IMG/VR virus record: IMGVR_UViG_3300027969_000063
Span: 1-64,000 of that record
Reading direction: 5' to 3' (one strand)
Origin: a virus
DNA: 64,000 bases
The notes beneath the pieces were generated by a model that was not told where the DNA came from, ran no database searches, and worked only from the letters and a program-made list of their open reading frames with translations. The translations under genes were made by a program, and so were the position numbers. Position 1 is the stretch's first letter; every line of letters starts with the position of its first letter. Positions 47,342-55,919 of the stretch are shown here, piece after piece.

Positions 47342-47415
47342 TGGAGCGGGATATTGGAATCGAACCAATAACGAGAGGTTGGAAACCTCTAGTTTTACCA
47401 TTAAACTAATCCCGC
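47342..47415 (-). tRNA. tRNA-Gly(TCC)
   Basis: Cloverleaf with GCGGGAT/ATCCCGC acceptor stem, AGAGG-TTTCCAA-CCTCT anticodon arm, TTCGA T-loop and encoded CCA. Confidence 0.95.
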
Positions 47416-47416
47416 A

Positions 47417-47477
47417 TGGACTACATTAGCCACAGTTTCTATGTTTGCTACCGATAACTCGGTTCGTCTAATGCAGT
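47417..47477 (-). ncRNA. CCA-terminated three-way-junction RNA
   Basis: 10-bp terminal stem ACTGCATTAG/CTAATGTAGT + CCA; two internal hairpins. Confidence 0.55.
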
Positions 47478-47483
47478 TTAAAC

Positions 47484-47550
47484 TGGAGCGGTGGTCTGCT
47501 ATGCTCAGATAATATAAGAGGGTATCTCACATCGTACTATTACACACCGC
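47484..47550 (-). tRNA. Non-canonical tRNA-Gly-like RNA (possible ACC anticodon)
   Basis: GCGGTG/CACCGC-T-CCA acceptor; minimal D arm; T-loop lacks TTC. Confidence 0.65.
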
Positions 47551-47680
47551 ATATTACTTTTCTTTATCTTTTCTTGCCTTACCTTTTGCTTCAATTCTGG
47601 CAAGTAAATCTAATAATTCTTTTTTAGTTAACATTCTACCCCAAGAAGGAGTGTTATTTGCTTTTTCTGTCATATGTAAC

Positions 47681-47710
47681 ATGATATCATTACTTATACA
47701 TCATTGTCAA
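47681..47710 (-). promoter_or_regulatory. Possible promoters for the tRNA cluster (TTGACA-18-TATCAT; TATAAGTA at 47691-47698)
   Basis: Motifs seen in sequence. Confidence 0.45.
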
Positions 47711-47875
47711 ATGGTTATAGCAAAATATACCAAAATAAACTTTACTATAACCACTCTTCTTAGACTTCTCTAAACGCCTTACTGCTTTGTTACTTTTACG
47801 ATGAACTCCAGCCTTACGAAACAATGCCAACTTGACAAGATAGTTTCGTGGTTGAGGAGTAGTTTTCTTTTTCAT
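47690..47875 (-). CDS. Small basic protein (RN..V....RKAG.H..K)
   Basis: AGGAG RBS. Confidence 0.6.
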   Translation of the reverse strand: MKKKTTPQPRNYLVKLALFRKAGVHRKSNKAVRRLEKSKKSGYSKVYFGIFCYNHLTMMYK

Positions 47876-47906
47876 GATACTCTCCTGTTGATAATACTTT
47901 ATAAAC

Positions 47907-48419
47907 TTATTGTGGGGGTTTCCAACCTAGAGATTCTGGAACAATCTGACTGTCCGGATCTTGAATGCCAAAGAATACTTCCCACAATTTCTCTTTTATT
48001 GCGAACTTACTAAACAAACCAACTTCTGTTCCAAATGCTTCTATTTCCCAAGGCTGAACCCAATAATCCATACTATCAGAATCAACCTTCTTTCCTTTCC
48101 AACGAGTTAATGTTTCGTTGGTTTCATTATAAGCATATTGCTTAATGTGTGTCATTTCGTGTGCCAAGGTTTTTAATATCTCAGCTGCACCAATTCCAGG
48201 ATGAAGTTCAATTTGAAACTCTCTCGCCTTACGACTTTCATTGTACTCTAAAATTTCAGCGTAACCATAGGCCTCAATCTTAGGATTAAATCTAATCCGT
48301 AGATAGATATTTTCTCTTAACTTTGGTGATATAAGTTGTTCAGCATAAAATACAGCAGCTCGTTTTACATACGGCCTGAAGTGCTTTTTATCGGGACAAC
48401 CAACTATACTTAGCTGCAT
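47907..48419 (-). CDS. Zinc metallopeptidase-like protein
   Basis: TLAHEMTHIKQ...PWEIEA. Confidence 0.8.
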   Translation of the reverse strand: MQLSIVGCPDKKHFRPYVKRAAVFYAEQLISPKLRENIYLRIRFNPKIEAYGYAEILEYNESRKAREFQIELHPGIGAAEILKTLAHEMTHIKQYAYNETNETLTRWKGKKVDSDSMDYWVQPWEIEAFGTEVGLFSKFAIKEKLWEVFFGIQDPDSQIVPESLGWKPPQ

Positions 48420-48515
48420 TTGGGGCCTCTCTCCTTAGTAAATTGACCCAATACAAAGCTATTTAGGAACCAAACTCTTTTCACCAGGTGAAATCACAAT
48501 ACTACTTTAGATACC

Positions 48516-48544
48516 ATTATAACACACTTCTCCAAGAAAGTCAA
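48516..48544 (-). promoter_or_regulatory. sigma70 promoter TTGACT-17-TATAAT
   Basis: Motif seen in sequence. Confidence 0.7.
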
Positions 48545-48556
48545 GCCGTCTGTCTA

Positions 48557-48730
48557 CTACCATTCACCATTATCAAACCATAAACGAATTGTAACAGGCA
48601 ACAATTCAATCACCAAAGCATCTTGTTCCCAAGCTTCATTCGACTTGTTATAATTAAAACTAATTCTCCAATGAAATGGATTTAATTTAAAAGTAATATT
48701 ACAACCAGAGTACATTAGCCAATCAATCAT
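48557..48730 (-). CDS. 57-aa hypothetical protein (MIDWLMYSGC...DNGEW)
   Basis: Manual translation; TAATG coupling. Confidence 0.6.
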   Translation of the reverse strand: MIDWLMYSGCNITFKLNPFHWRISFNYNKSNEAWEQDALVIELLPVTIRLWFDNGEW

Positions 48731-48933
48731 TATATTCCTAACTGAGATTTAATATATTTGTCTTTCAACATATCTGGTATGTTTAGATATGGTTCTTCTA
48801 ATAGAAAAGGACAAGGAGATCCCCACCTGTTTTCATTTAAAAAATATCTCAATAAATTTATATGATACTTATTTCTTGGATCAAACAAATATTTTGGATT
48901 GCCCAATGTTTGTTGCTGTGTTAGAAAACTCAT
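48730..48933 (-). CDS. Hypothetical protein (CPF.LE.PY)
   Basis: ORF track. Confidence 0.65.
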   Translation of the reverse strand: MSFLTQQQTLGNPKYLFDPRNKYHINLLRYFLNENRWGSPCPFLLEEPYLNIPDMLKDKYIKSQLGI

Positions 48934-49175
48934 TTAATATACTCCACATTATCTTTGCGCATGTAAAAAACCACCTGATTTTTTTTTGGATCAGGTACTT
49001 CTCTAACTACGGGAATAAAAGTTATACCTTCAATCTCATTGGTTGACCAATTCGAATAAGTGTAATAGACATCTTGATTCGTTTTTGAACGAACCTTTTT
49101 AAGAATGGCTTTACCGCCAGTTGTCATGGCAATATAACCAGGTCGAGAGGGTTTAGTTTTGTTCCAGTTTTTCAT
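48930..49175 (-). CDS. Hypothetical protein (MKNWNKTKP), probably leaderless
   Basis: ATG 7 nt downstream of the -10 box. Confidence 0.6.
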   Translation of the reverse strand: MKNWNKTKPSRPGYIAMTTGGKAILKKVRSKTNQDVYYTYSNWSTNEIEGITFIPVVREVPDPKKNQVVFYMRKDNVEYIK

Positions 49176-49181
49176 GATATA

Positions 49182-49220
49182 ATTATAACTCAAAAGGAGG
49201 GGGCTGTCAAGAGCCCCCTG
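49182..49220 (-). terminator. hsp20 terminator hairpin overlapping a TTGACA-17-TATAAT promoter
   Basis: AGGGGGCT-CTTGAC-AGCCCCCT-CCTTTT; -35 at 49205-49210. Confidence 0.7.
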
Positions 49221-49280
49221 TATTATCTACCGTTTGGGTAGTTCAATTGTTCCCATTCCTCATCGGATACAGGCCACCAG

Positions 49281-49748
49281 TTACTCATCTTTTGATTTTA
49301 CGGCAATCTTCTTTACCGCATCCTGTGCTTTTACCATGGCTTCTAACCAGATTTTAAGCATACCATTAGTAATTACGGCATCCTTAATCTCTACCTTATC
49401 GGCAAGAGTAAAGGTACGAGAAAAATTACGGTTGGCAATACCTCTGTAGATGAAACTAGCCGGATCTTCTTCAGATTCAACTGCAGAACCTTTGATTACC
49501 AATTTACTACCGTCTAAGGTAACTTCAATATCAGTTTTAGCAAAGCCAGCAACTGCCAGTTCGATGACATACTTGTTGTCTTTTACTTGTTTGATATTGT
49601 ATGGAGGGTAGCTAGTTGTTGCTTTAGCGACTGTTTCAGATACTTCACGGATTTGGTCCAATACGTCATCGAAACCAACTGTGAACGGATCCAAAGTTTT
49701 GTGGAGGGAAGCCCATTGTGGGATTAAAGATAAAGTTGTGCTTGTCAT
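49281..49748 (-). CDS. ibpA: Small heat-shock protein (Hsp20/IbpA)
   Basis: YPPYNI, ELAVAGF, YRGIA.R.F.R.F.L, NGML.I. Confidence 0.93.
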   Translation of the reverse strand: MTSTTLSLIPQWASLHKTLDPFTVGFDDVLDQIREVSETVAKATTSYPPYNIKQVKDNKYVIELAVAGFAKTDIEVTLDGSKLVIKGSAVESEEDPASFIYRGIANRNFSRTFTLADKVEIKDAVITNGMLKIWLEAMVKAQDAVKKIAVKSKDE

Positions 49749-49754
49749 AGATTT

Positions 49755-49771
49755 CTCCTTAATTAAGCGAG
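49755..49771 (-). promoter_or_regulatory. ROSE-like RNA thermometer hairpin over the hsp20 SD
   Basis: CTCGCTT-AATT-AAGGAG with a bulged G opposite the SD. Confidence 0.6.
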
Positions 49772-49808
49772 TTACATTAAATTAAGATACCCCGAAGGCA
49801 TATCTGGT

Positions 49809-49901
49809 TTATACTGGTTACGGTATCCAGCGGCATCGTAACGTCATGCCCGCTTTAAAACGCTTCGTAAACTTAGCGGTCCTAAGGTGAAGCCAGTATA
49901 A
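49809..49901 (-). ncRNA. Structured RNA upstream of hsp20
   Basis: TTATACTGG/CCAGTATAA closing stem, two internal hairpins, possible pseudoknot. Confidence 0.55.
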
Positions 49902-49904
49902 TCT

Positions 49905-49912
49905 TATTTATA
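49905..49912 (-). promoter_or_regulatory. Late promoter TATAAATA
   Basis: Exact consensus immediately 5' of the structured RNA. Confidence 0.7.
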
Positions 49913-50948
49913 CTAGAAAAGTAAATAGTCCAGCGGTTATTAATAATAAACCAGCCCAACTACCTAGTGCTTTATAATATGTTTTGAGTGGTGTACCAAA
50001 ATAACGGTTACCAACCATAACACATTTATGCGTAGGACTTAATAAGTAACCAGCATAATCTACTGCAAAGAACCACATAAAATATTCTTGGCCAAATACT
50101 TGAGCCATCAATACGGCGATTGCAATAAACTTACCGCTACTACCCATCAGGAAACTTACAACAAATCCAACAAGCGAAATCAAGGTCATACCAATTAAAG
50201 AGTGTGGGTCAAAACCCGAACCTTTAATGTATGTAATAAATTCGTTATTGTAGGATTTAAAGAAGTTACCTAGAATGATAACTGCGGCGACTGTACCTAA
50301 TACTTCCCAATTCACATAACTTAATAATTTTGGAATACGCCATTGTTGTGTAATAAAAACATAATACAATGCCAACAAACCAAAAATTATAAAAACATTA
50401 TCTTTACCGCCACCATAAATGTAAGCACCCAAGGCAATAAACATAGGAAAGACATTACGCATTACTGTGCTGAGTTTGAAGGTGTCTGGTTTGATAACCA
50501 CATCTTCTTCTTTTACTTCATGCCAAATATACCAAGAAATAAAAATAAAACTAACAATCAGTAATGGTGCAATCATGCCCATAAATGTTGCATAGGTAAG
50601 ACCAAATGCTGCAATAGGAAGAACAACTGTTTTCTCTAAAGGTGACCACATATAATAGTGGTGTGTCGATAGATAATCAACGATGCCCATCTTCTCACGA
50701 CCTGGACCATTTTTTGGAACTACGGTGTCTAATAAACCTGCTGATACTGTTACTCTGCCTTCAATTGGTAAAATACCGCCAATAGCACTTAGAAGAACAA
50801 CAACAAATTTATTAGAACGGAAGGTGTTCTTAATATAAGAGTACGCTGGGGCAAAAAGAGAATACTCTTTGGCTAGTCCAGCAGCAATCATTATAAAGAA
50901 TACCATCCATAGATAGCCTAGGCCATCTAATAGTTTTAATACATCCAT
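49908..50948 (-). CDS. Multi-pass membrane transporter (ion-transporter superfamily, citrate-transporter-like)
   Basis: About 10 TM segments; GYLLSPTHKC. Confidence 0.65.
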   Translation of the reverse strand: MDVLKLLDGLGYLWMVFFIMIAAGLAKEYSLFAPAYSYIKNTFRSNKFVVVLLSAIGGILPIEGRVTVSAGLLDTVVPKNGPGREKMGIVDYLSTHHYYMWSPLEKTVVLPIAAFGLTYATFMGMIAPLLIVSFIFISWYIWHEVKEEDVVIKPDTFKLSTVMRNVFPMFIALGAYIYGGGKDNVFIIFGLLALYYVFITQQWRIPKLLSYVNWEVLGTVAAVIILGNFFKSYNNEFITYIKGSGFDPHSLIGMTLISLVGFVVSFLMGSSGKFIAIAVLMAQVFGQEYFMWFFAVDYAGYLLSPTHKCVMVGNRYFGTPLKTYYKALGSWAGLLLITAGLFTFLV

Positions 50949-51009
50949 ATAATACTCCTCAAATCAAATGCACCACAGAATCATGGTATAATCATATTTA
51001 TTACATCAA

Positions 51010-51417
51010 TTAATAGGCGCCTGGTTTTTTACCAATATTGTATTTTGGTACCAGTTCCCAATCATCTTTTTCTTTATGAGATAGTATCTTAATCTGTGAT
51101 AGAAAAATAGGAGGAGGATTCTCTGCCTTATCTCTATTGATAATCTTTACCAGTCCCCAATCTTCCAATAACTTAGCAATTGCATTTCTACGAGATAAAT
51201 CGTTTTCAGAAATGTCACTAGGCTTACCATCCAAAGCAAATAGTTCTTTGAAATGTACGATATAATATCTACCTTGTTTATGTAAGATATGGCAAGATTG
51301 GTATAAAATTCTGTCTTTTTTGGAAGCCACACCGATTCGTGTGAGAGTTTCACGCACTTTGAGGAAATCGTCCTTCTCACCTAATGTAACTTCAACCAAA
51401 TCTAAAATTGAAATCAT
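51010..51417 (-). CDS. regA: Translational repressor RegA
   Basis: DFLKVRETLTRIG, LYQSCHILHKQG.YYIVHFKE. Confidence 0.97.
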   Translation of the reverse strand: MISILDLVEVTLGEKDDFLKVRETLTRIGVASKKDRILYQSCHILHKQGRYYIVHFKELFALDGKPSDISENDLSRRNAIAKLLEDWGLVKIINRDKAENPPPIFLSQIKILSHKEKDDWELVPKYNIGKKPGAY

Positions 51418-51806
51418 TACTTGTTCACTCCGCCTTTTGCTGTTTTTATTTTTATTTCAGCGAGTTGTTCATCATTTAGAATTCGTAAGGCTTCCTTGGC
51501 TCTTTCATTAGAATAGCCAAAATATTGCTTCACACATTCTATATCTTTGTCGACCTCTGATTTCTGCCACGGTTGAAATTTCCGTTTCATTGGTCTTATG
51601 GTATTTAGAAGATATGAATATTGCATATCGGAGTCAAGCCCCGTATGAATATTCATCTCATTCACATATAGAACACAGTCCATATGATACGACAAAGCAC
51701 GATTTACAACAAAAGGTTTGTAATCCTTGTAATCATATTCATCTTGAAAAACAGACTTCTTCTTCTCCAGTATAGACGGAAGAATCTCTTTGAATAAATC
51801 TGGCAT
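51417..51806 (-). CDS. 62: Clamp loader small subunit gp62
   Basis: Sequence pattern and synteny. Confidence 0.9.
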   Translation of the reverse strand: MPDLFKEILPSILEKKKSVFQDEYDYKDYKPFVVNRALSYHMDCVLYVNEMNIHTGLDSDMQYSYLLNTIRPMKRKFQPWQKSEVDKDIECVKQYFGYSNERAKEALRILNDEQLAEIKIKTAKGGVNK

Positions 51807-52741
51807 TATTTGAACTCACAATCCACCATAATTTCTGTCAGACAAGCAACCATATTAATCTCATGATCAGCCACGAAAGCTGCCTGATATTGATACTTAG
51901 CAAGAATCAAAACTAGTTGAGGAACGGATTGAGGTTTCAATACCTCATAAAGAGTATCGTATAGTTTACGATAGATTTTGACCGGATCATTGTCAAGGTT
52001 AGCAGTAACCCATTTACGAGTTGAGCCAAAGTCTTTAGATTTTAAAGCTGTAATGAGGGTATCAAGTTGAATGTCAGCAACATTAGAAAGAATACCAGAA
52101 TCAATTGTGCCAGAAACCGAATATCGTTGCAGTTCATTAAGAACCCTACGATTATCAGGAAAGTGTTTTGTGATAACTGCCGCAACGACATCTTTTGAAT
52201 AGGTGATATTTTCCTTTTCAAGAATCCATTCAACTCTTTTAAAGAATTGAGCAGCCATTTTTTGTTTGGCGCCATTGATTTTAAAATCGACCACAGAACA
52301 ACGAGAGTGGATTGGATCGATGATACGATTCTTATAATTACAAGTGAATATGAACGAACAGTTTGAGGAGAACTCTTCAATCGCTCCACGCAATGCTGGT
52401 TGAGTTGAATTAGGATTAAGATAGTCGGCCTCATCAATGATAACAACCTTCCGGCCACCAGCAAGAGAAACTGATGAAGCATAGTTCTTAATCTTTGTCC
52501 GAAGGACATCAATACCTGATTCGTCTGAACCGTTAATAACAATAAAGTCACACCCAACTTCATTACATAGTGCTTTAGCAATAGTTGTTTTTCCAACACC
52601 TGCTGAACCAGATAATAATAGATTAGGTATTTCTTTTCGGTTAACGTACTCTTGAAAGGTAGATTTAATCGCATCAGGTAAGATACAATCTTCAATAGTT
52701 TTTGGCCGATACTTCTCGACCCATAGTAAATGTTCCATCAC
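51806..52741 (-). CDS. 44: Clamp loader AAA+ subunit gp44
   Basis: WVEKYRP, GVGKTT, DEAD, SRC. Confidence 0.97.
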   Translation of the reverse strand: MMEHLLWVEKYRPKTIEDCILPDAIKSTFQEYVNRKEIPNLLLSGSAGVGKTTIAKALCNEVGCDFIVINGSDESGIDVLRTKIKNYASSVSLAGGRKVVIIDEADYLNPNSTQPALRGAIEEFSSNCSFIFTCNYKNRIIDPIHSRCSVVDFKINGAKQKMAAQFFKRVEWILEKENITYSKDVVAAVITKHFPDNRRVLNELQRYSVSGTIDSGILSNVADIQLDTLITALKSKDFGSTRKWVTANLDNDPVKIYRKLYDTLYEVLKPQSVPQLVLILAKYQYQAAFVADHEINMVACLTEIMVDCEFK

Positions 52742-52764
52742 AAACTCCCATAATATAATACATC

Positions 52765-53373
52765 TTATTCAAAAATACAATTAATAATCAAGCGATACTT
52801 CTTGTCCGTTGGTATGTTACCGGAATGTATCTGGTTAGAATCAAATATGATAGCACGACCTTTAACTGCTTCTATCCTTTGTTGTATAGTTAACTCTTCT
52901 TTAATAGGCACTCCATTATACTTCTCATTATATAAAATGGTTTCACCGTCAGAATTGTTTACATAGTACAACAATGTTTTTCTATTTCCAATATAACCTG
53001 TTGAATCATATGAAGATTCATCACCATCATCCGTATGTGGTCTTTGTAGTTTTACTCCGACCTGAGGCATTAATAAATTAGCTTTGATTCTTGATGCAGA
53101 TTTTATCTTACCAAATTGATTCTCATAACAAGCAATCAATGGTGCAATATAGTGCAGGTGTGCTGATTTGATTTTATTGTTTTCAATAAACGTATGTCGG
53201 AATTGAATATGTTCAGCCGTTGGTTGATTTGTAAAAAACAAATCTTCTAACTCCGTACTACTACTCACCGAATGTTTATGGAACGACCAAGCGATATCTT
53301 CACCACCCATTAATTTATAAATTGAATCTATATAAACTTCTGGTAAGAAGTTATCAATAATGATTGGTTCCAT
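52765..53373 (-). CDS. 2OG-Fe(II) oxygenase-like protein
   Basis: PHTD...H...R.IIN pattern. Confidence 0.8.
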   Translation of the reverse strand: MEPIIIDNFLPEVYIDSIYKLMGGEDIAWSFHKHSVSSSTELEDLFFTNQPTAEHIQFRHTFIENNKIKSAHLHYIAPLIACYENQFGKIKSASRIKANLLMPQVGVKLQRPHTDDGDESSYDSTGYIGNRKTLLYYVNNSDGETILYNEKYNGVPIKEELTIQQRIEAVKGRAIIFDSNQIHSGNIPTDKKYRLIINCIFE

Positions 53374-53573
53374 TAATTGGTGGCCAATGCACCGTTAATA
53401 ACACCAACCACTTCACTATAGTTTTGTGTAACGCCAATCGTTGCACTAGGAATACCAATGACAACAACCTCTTCATTGAGTTCTTCATTTTTATGTGTAA
53501 CAACACACAAAACGTGTTTTGGATTAATTGCAACTGGATTACCAGTCATTTTGTCCGTGAATTGAACTAACAT
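53373..53573 (-). CDS. Small hypothetical protein (MLVQFTD...AINPKHV)
   Basis: AGGAG RBS; start refined. Confidence 0.6.
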   Translation of the reverse strand: MLVQFTDKMTGNPVAINPKHVLCVVTHKNEELNEEVVVIGIPSATIGVTQNYSEVVGVINGALATN

Positions 53574-53574
53574 A

Positions 53575-54246
53575 TTATTCTCCTGTTTTAGTTTCTTTTG
53601 CTTCAAATGCGATCCAATATTGGATATCTTCTTTCGTATTCTTGAAATGACCAATACCCTTGAAAGAGATTTCAACATCATAACTTCCAGGAATCATTTT
53701 GATATTTTCAGTTTTGAATACAATATTATACTTCTTGCCATTACCTTCGCCAACTTGGGTCGAGTTTGTGTGTGCGGAATTATCTAAGGCATCAAATGTA
53801 ACCACTTCGATTGCATCACCATCGGACTTGATACCAATGTGTGGTGAACTCAAAACAGAAGATGATGACATGATTGATTTGTAATCTTCTTCAGAAAGAG
53901 TGAAAGAACAATCAACAGAAGGAAGAGTAATCTCTTTTTCTGGAGGAGTAACAATCATCTCCTTTGCCGTCATACGATAGTTTGTTTTTCTCTTACCACT
54001 CTTAAAAATGATATCGGAATCACTAAAATCAATTTCAGAATCTTTAAACAAAGAATGTACCGATAGGAATTGATTCAAATCGTATACACAAAAATCTTGT
54101 GGAAAAGAATCTTTCAGAACGGCTTGTGCCAAAACAGTTTTACCAGATGATACTGTGGTAAGTTTGGTGCCTTTTTTGAATTGAATACCTTGATTGATAC
54201 TTGAAAAGTTTTTCAATACGGTTAGTGTTTCATTTGATAACTTCAT
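53575..54246 (-). CDS. 45: Sliding clamp gp45
   Basis: MKLS.ET..LKNF.SIN, YDLNQFL, YWIA.E. Confidence 0.95.
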   Translation of the reverse strand: MKLSNETLTVLKNFSSINQGIQFKKGTKLTTVSSGKTVLAQAVLKDSFPQDFCVYDLNQFLSVHSLFKDSEIDFSDSDIIFKSGKRKTNYRMTAKEMIVTPPEKEITLPSVDCSFTLSEEDYKSIMSSSSVLSSPHIGIKSDGDAIEVVTFDALDNSAHTNSTQVGEGNGKKYNIVFKTENIKMIPGSYDVEISFKGIGHFKNTKEDIQYWIAFEAKETKTGE

Positions 54247-54269
54247 TTATTTCTCCATTATGTAAAATT

Positions 54270-54692
54270 TTACTGCTCTTTCGAATACATTATATCATGT
54301 TCATACAGAAACATCAAGCAGCACATGGCGTGTGCCAAGTGATGTAAACCGGATTCAGGATCAAACTTCTCTCCTTCTTTCCAAGCCCATGTATGCCGTT
54401 GCATTGCATCAAAGTACCTACGCTTTGCTTCTGGTACATGGATCCAATTATCTCTTTCATACTTCTGAGCACCAAAAGTTAAAACTTCTGTAAGGGCTTT
54501 TAGCCCGTGAGGGGGAACTAAACCATATTCTAATTTACCACCATCAAATTTACGGCCAATATTTGTATTAAAAGCATCTTCATAACCTGGATGATAAGGT
54601 GCTTCTTCAACTAGTTTGTTACTTGTAGATTCAAAAAGCTTTGTTCCATAAGTTATTTCTTTACCTTTAACACCATACTTTTTTGTTCCCAT
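54270..54692 (-). CDS. dATP/dGTP diphosphohydrolase (DUF5664-like)
   Basis: KFDGGK, FGAQKY..NW, DPESGLHHLAHA. Confidence 0.8.
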   Translation of the reverse strand: MGTKKYGVKGKEITYGTKLFESTSNKLVEEAPYHPGYEDAFNTNIGRKFDGGKLEYGLVPPHGLKALTEVLTFGAQKYERDNWIHVPEAKRRYFDAMQRHTWAWKEGEKFDPESGLHHLAHAMCCLMFLYEHDIMYSKEQ

Positions 54693-55510
54693 TACATTTC
54701 TCCAACATAATTAGCAACAGCTGGCATATCTCCTTGGAAATGATATGTACCAATGTGTGCAGTTCTCATCCAAGGACATAAGAAGATTTCTCCACCAATC
54801 TTACGCCACATCTGGCAGAACATATAATCTTCTGATAGGTAACGGTCTGAACCACCACCTGTAATAGAATCTTTGGTGTCAATTACTGTATCAAAATAAG
54901 CATGAATGTAACGAGTACCATCAAAGTGTGCCTGACCTACATGGTCTGGTTTATATTTGATTTCAGGATAAGCTTCTTTCATTTTGGTAAATACTTCACG
55001 CTTAATCATCATGAATCCCGTTCCAATTTCCAAAACATCTAAAGGTTCTGTTACACTAAACTGTGCCGTTCCTTGTACTGGATTGAATACAAAGTCACCA
55101 GCAATTTTTTCTAATGTCTGTGGGTCAATGTCAGGATTCTTTATAACACCTTTTTTAATAGACGACCACTTAATTGCTTTTTTAGGATAAGGACCACCAA
55201 TCACATCTTTGTCTAGTGCCAACATGGCAATAACATCCTGTGGCTGGAAGTGTACGTCAGAATCTATAAACAACATATGAGTACATTCTGAACGATTTAT
55301 AAATTCGTCAACAAGGTAATTCCTTGCTCTTGTAATTAGTGATTCATTAAACAGAAATGAAAATTTTATATTTACGCCATATTGAATACAAGAACTCTGT
55401 AAGTCTAAACAGGCCTTCATGTATAGTCCGTGGTTCATACCACCGTACATGGGTGTGGCCACAAATAAACTTTTCTTTTGTAGTTCTTCTTTTTTGATTG
55501 ATATTTCCAT
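54692..55510 (-). CDS. GT-A fold glycosyltransferase-like protein
   Basis: ATPMYGG, ESLITRARN, LFIDSD, LSEDY.FC. Confidence 0.7.
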   Translation of the reverse strand: MEISIKKEELQKKSLFVATPMYGGMNHGLYMKACLDLQSSCIQYGVNIKFSFLFNESLITRARNYLVDEFINRSECTHMLFIDSDVHFQPQDVIAMLALDKDVIGGPYPKKAIKWSSIKKGVIKNPDIDPQTLEKIAGDFVFNPVQGTAQFSVTEPLDVLEIGTGFMMIKREVFTKMKEAYPEIKYKPDHVGQAHFDGTRYIHAYFDTVIDTKDSITGGGSDRYLSEDYMFCQMWRKIGGEIFLCPWMRTAHIGTYHFQGDMPAVANYVGEM

Positions 55511-55528
55511 TTGTGCTCCGTGAATAGT

Positions 55529-55562
55529 AAAAAAGGGAGTATCTCCTATGAAGAACTCCCTA
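55529..55562 (-). terminator. Rho-independent terminator
   Basis: GGGAGT/ACTCCC stem followed by a T-run. Confidence 0.65.
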
Positions 55563-55569
55563 TGCTAGA

Positions 55570-55833
55570 TTAGGCTAAAGAATAACCTGATTTGATAGCC
55601 GCCTTAACCAAAGCTTTGGTTGGCTTACCCATGCGATAGAAGGCAACCTTCTGACCATCTACAACTTTTTTATTTGTGTAGATTACATGGCCTTCTTGAC
55701 GCAGTTCATCAATACGGGCTGAAACATTGGTGATGCCGAAACGGCGTTGTGCTTGTTTGACGGTAAAAGTGTTGTAACCTTCGGTTTGTTGTAAGGCATT
55801 CAACATCTTTTGTTTAGCAGATAAATTGCTCAT
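55570..55833 (-). CDS. Winged-HTH DNA-binding protein
   Basis: ARIDELRQEGH.I pattern. Confidence 0.75.
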   Translation of the reverse strand: MSNLSAKQKMLNALQQTEGYNTFTVKQAQRRFGITNVSARIDELRQEGHVIYTNKKVVDGQKVAFYRMGKPTKALVKAAIKSGYSLA

Positions 55834-55885
55834 TGTAATACTCCATAGTAAAGTTAAAAAATCCTTGCCTTAAGCAAGTATTCAC

Positions 55886-55915
55886 ATCATATCATTTATG
55901 TATGTGATTTGTCAA
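55886..55915 (-). promoter_or_regulatory. sigma70 promoter TTGACA-18-TATGAT
   Basis: Motif seen in sequence. Confidence 0.55.
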
Positions 55916-55919
55916 GCGT

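Noticed and set aside
47712-47753. 13-bp inverted repeat as a possible tRNA remnant
   Set aside because: A simple hairpin without tRNA arms; function cannot be supported
52042-52695. 217-aa alternative-frame ORF in gene 44
   Set aside because: Leu-rich shadow frame typical of AT-rich genes; no RBS or motif
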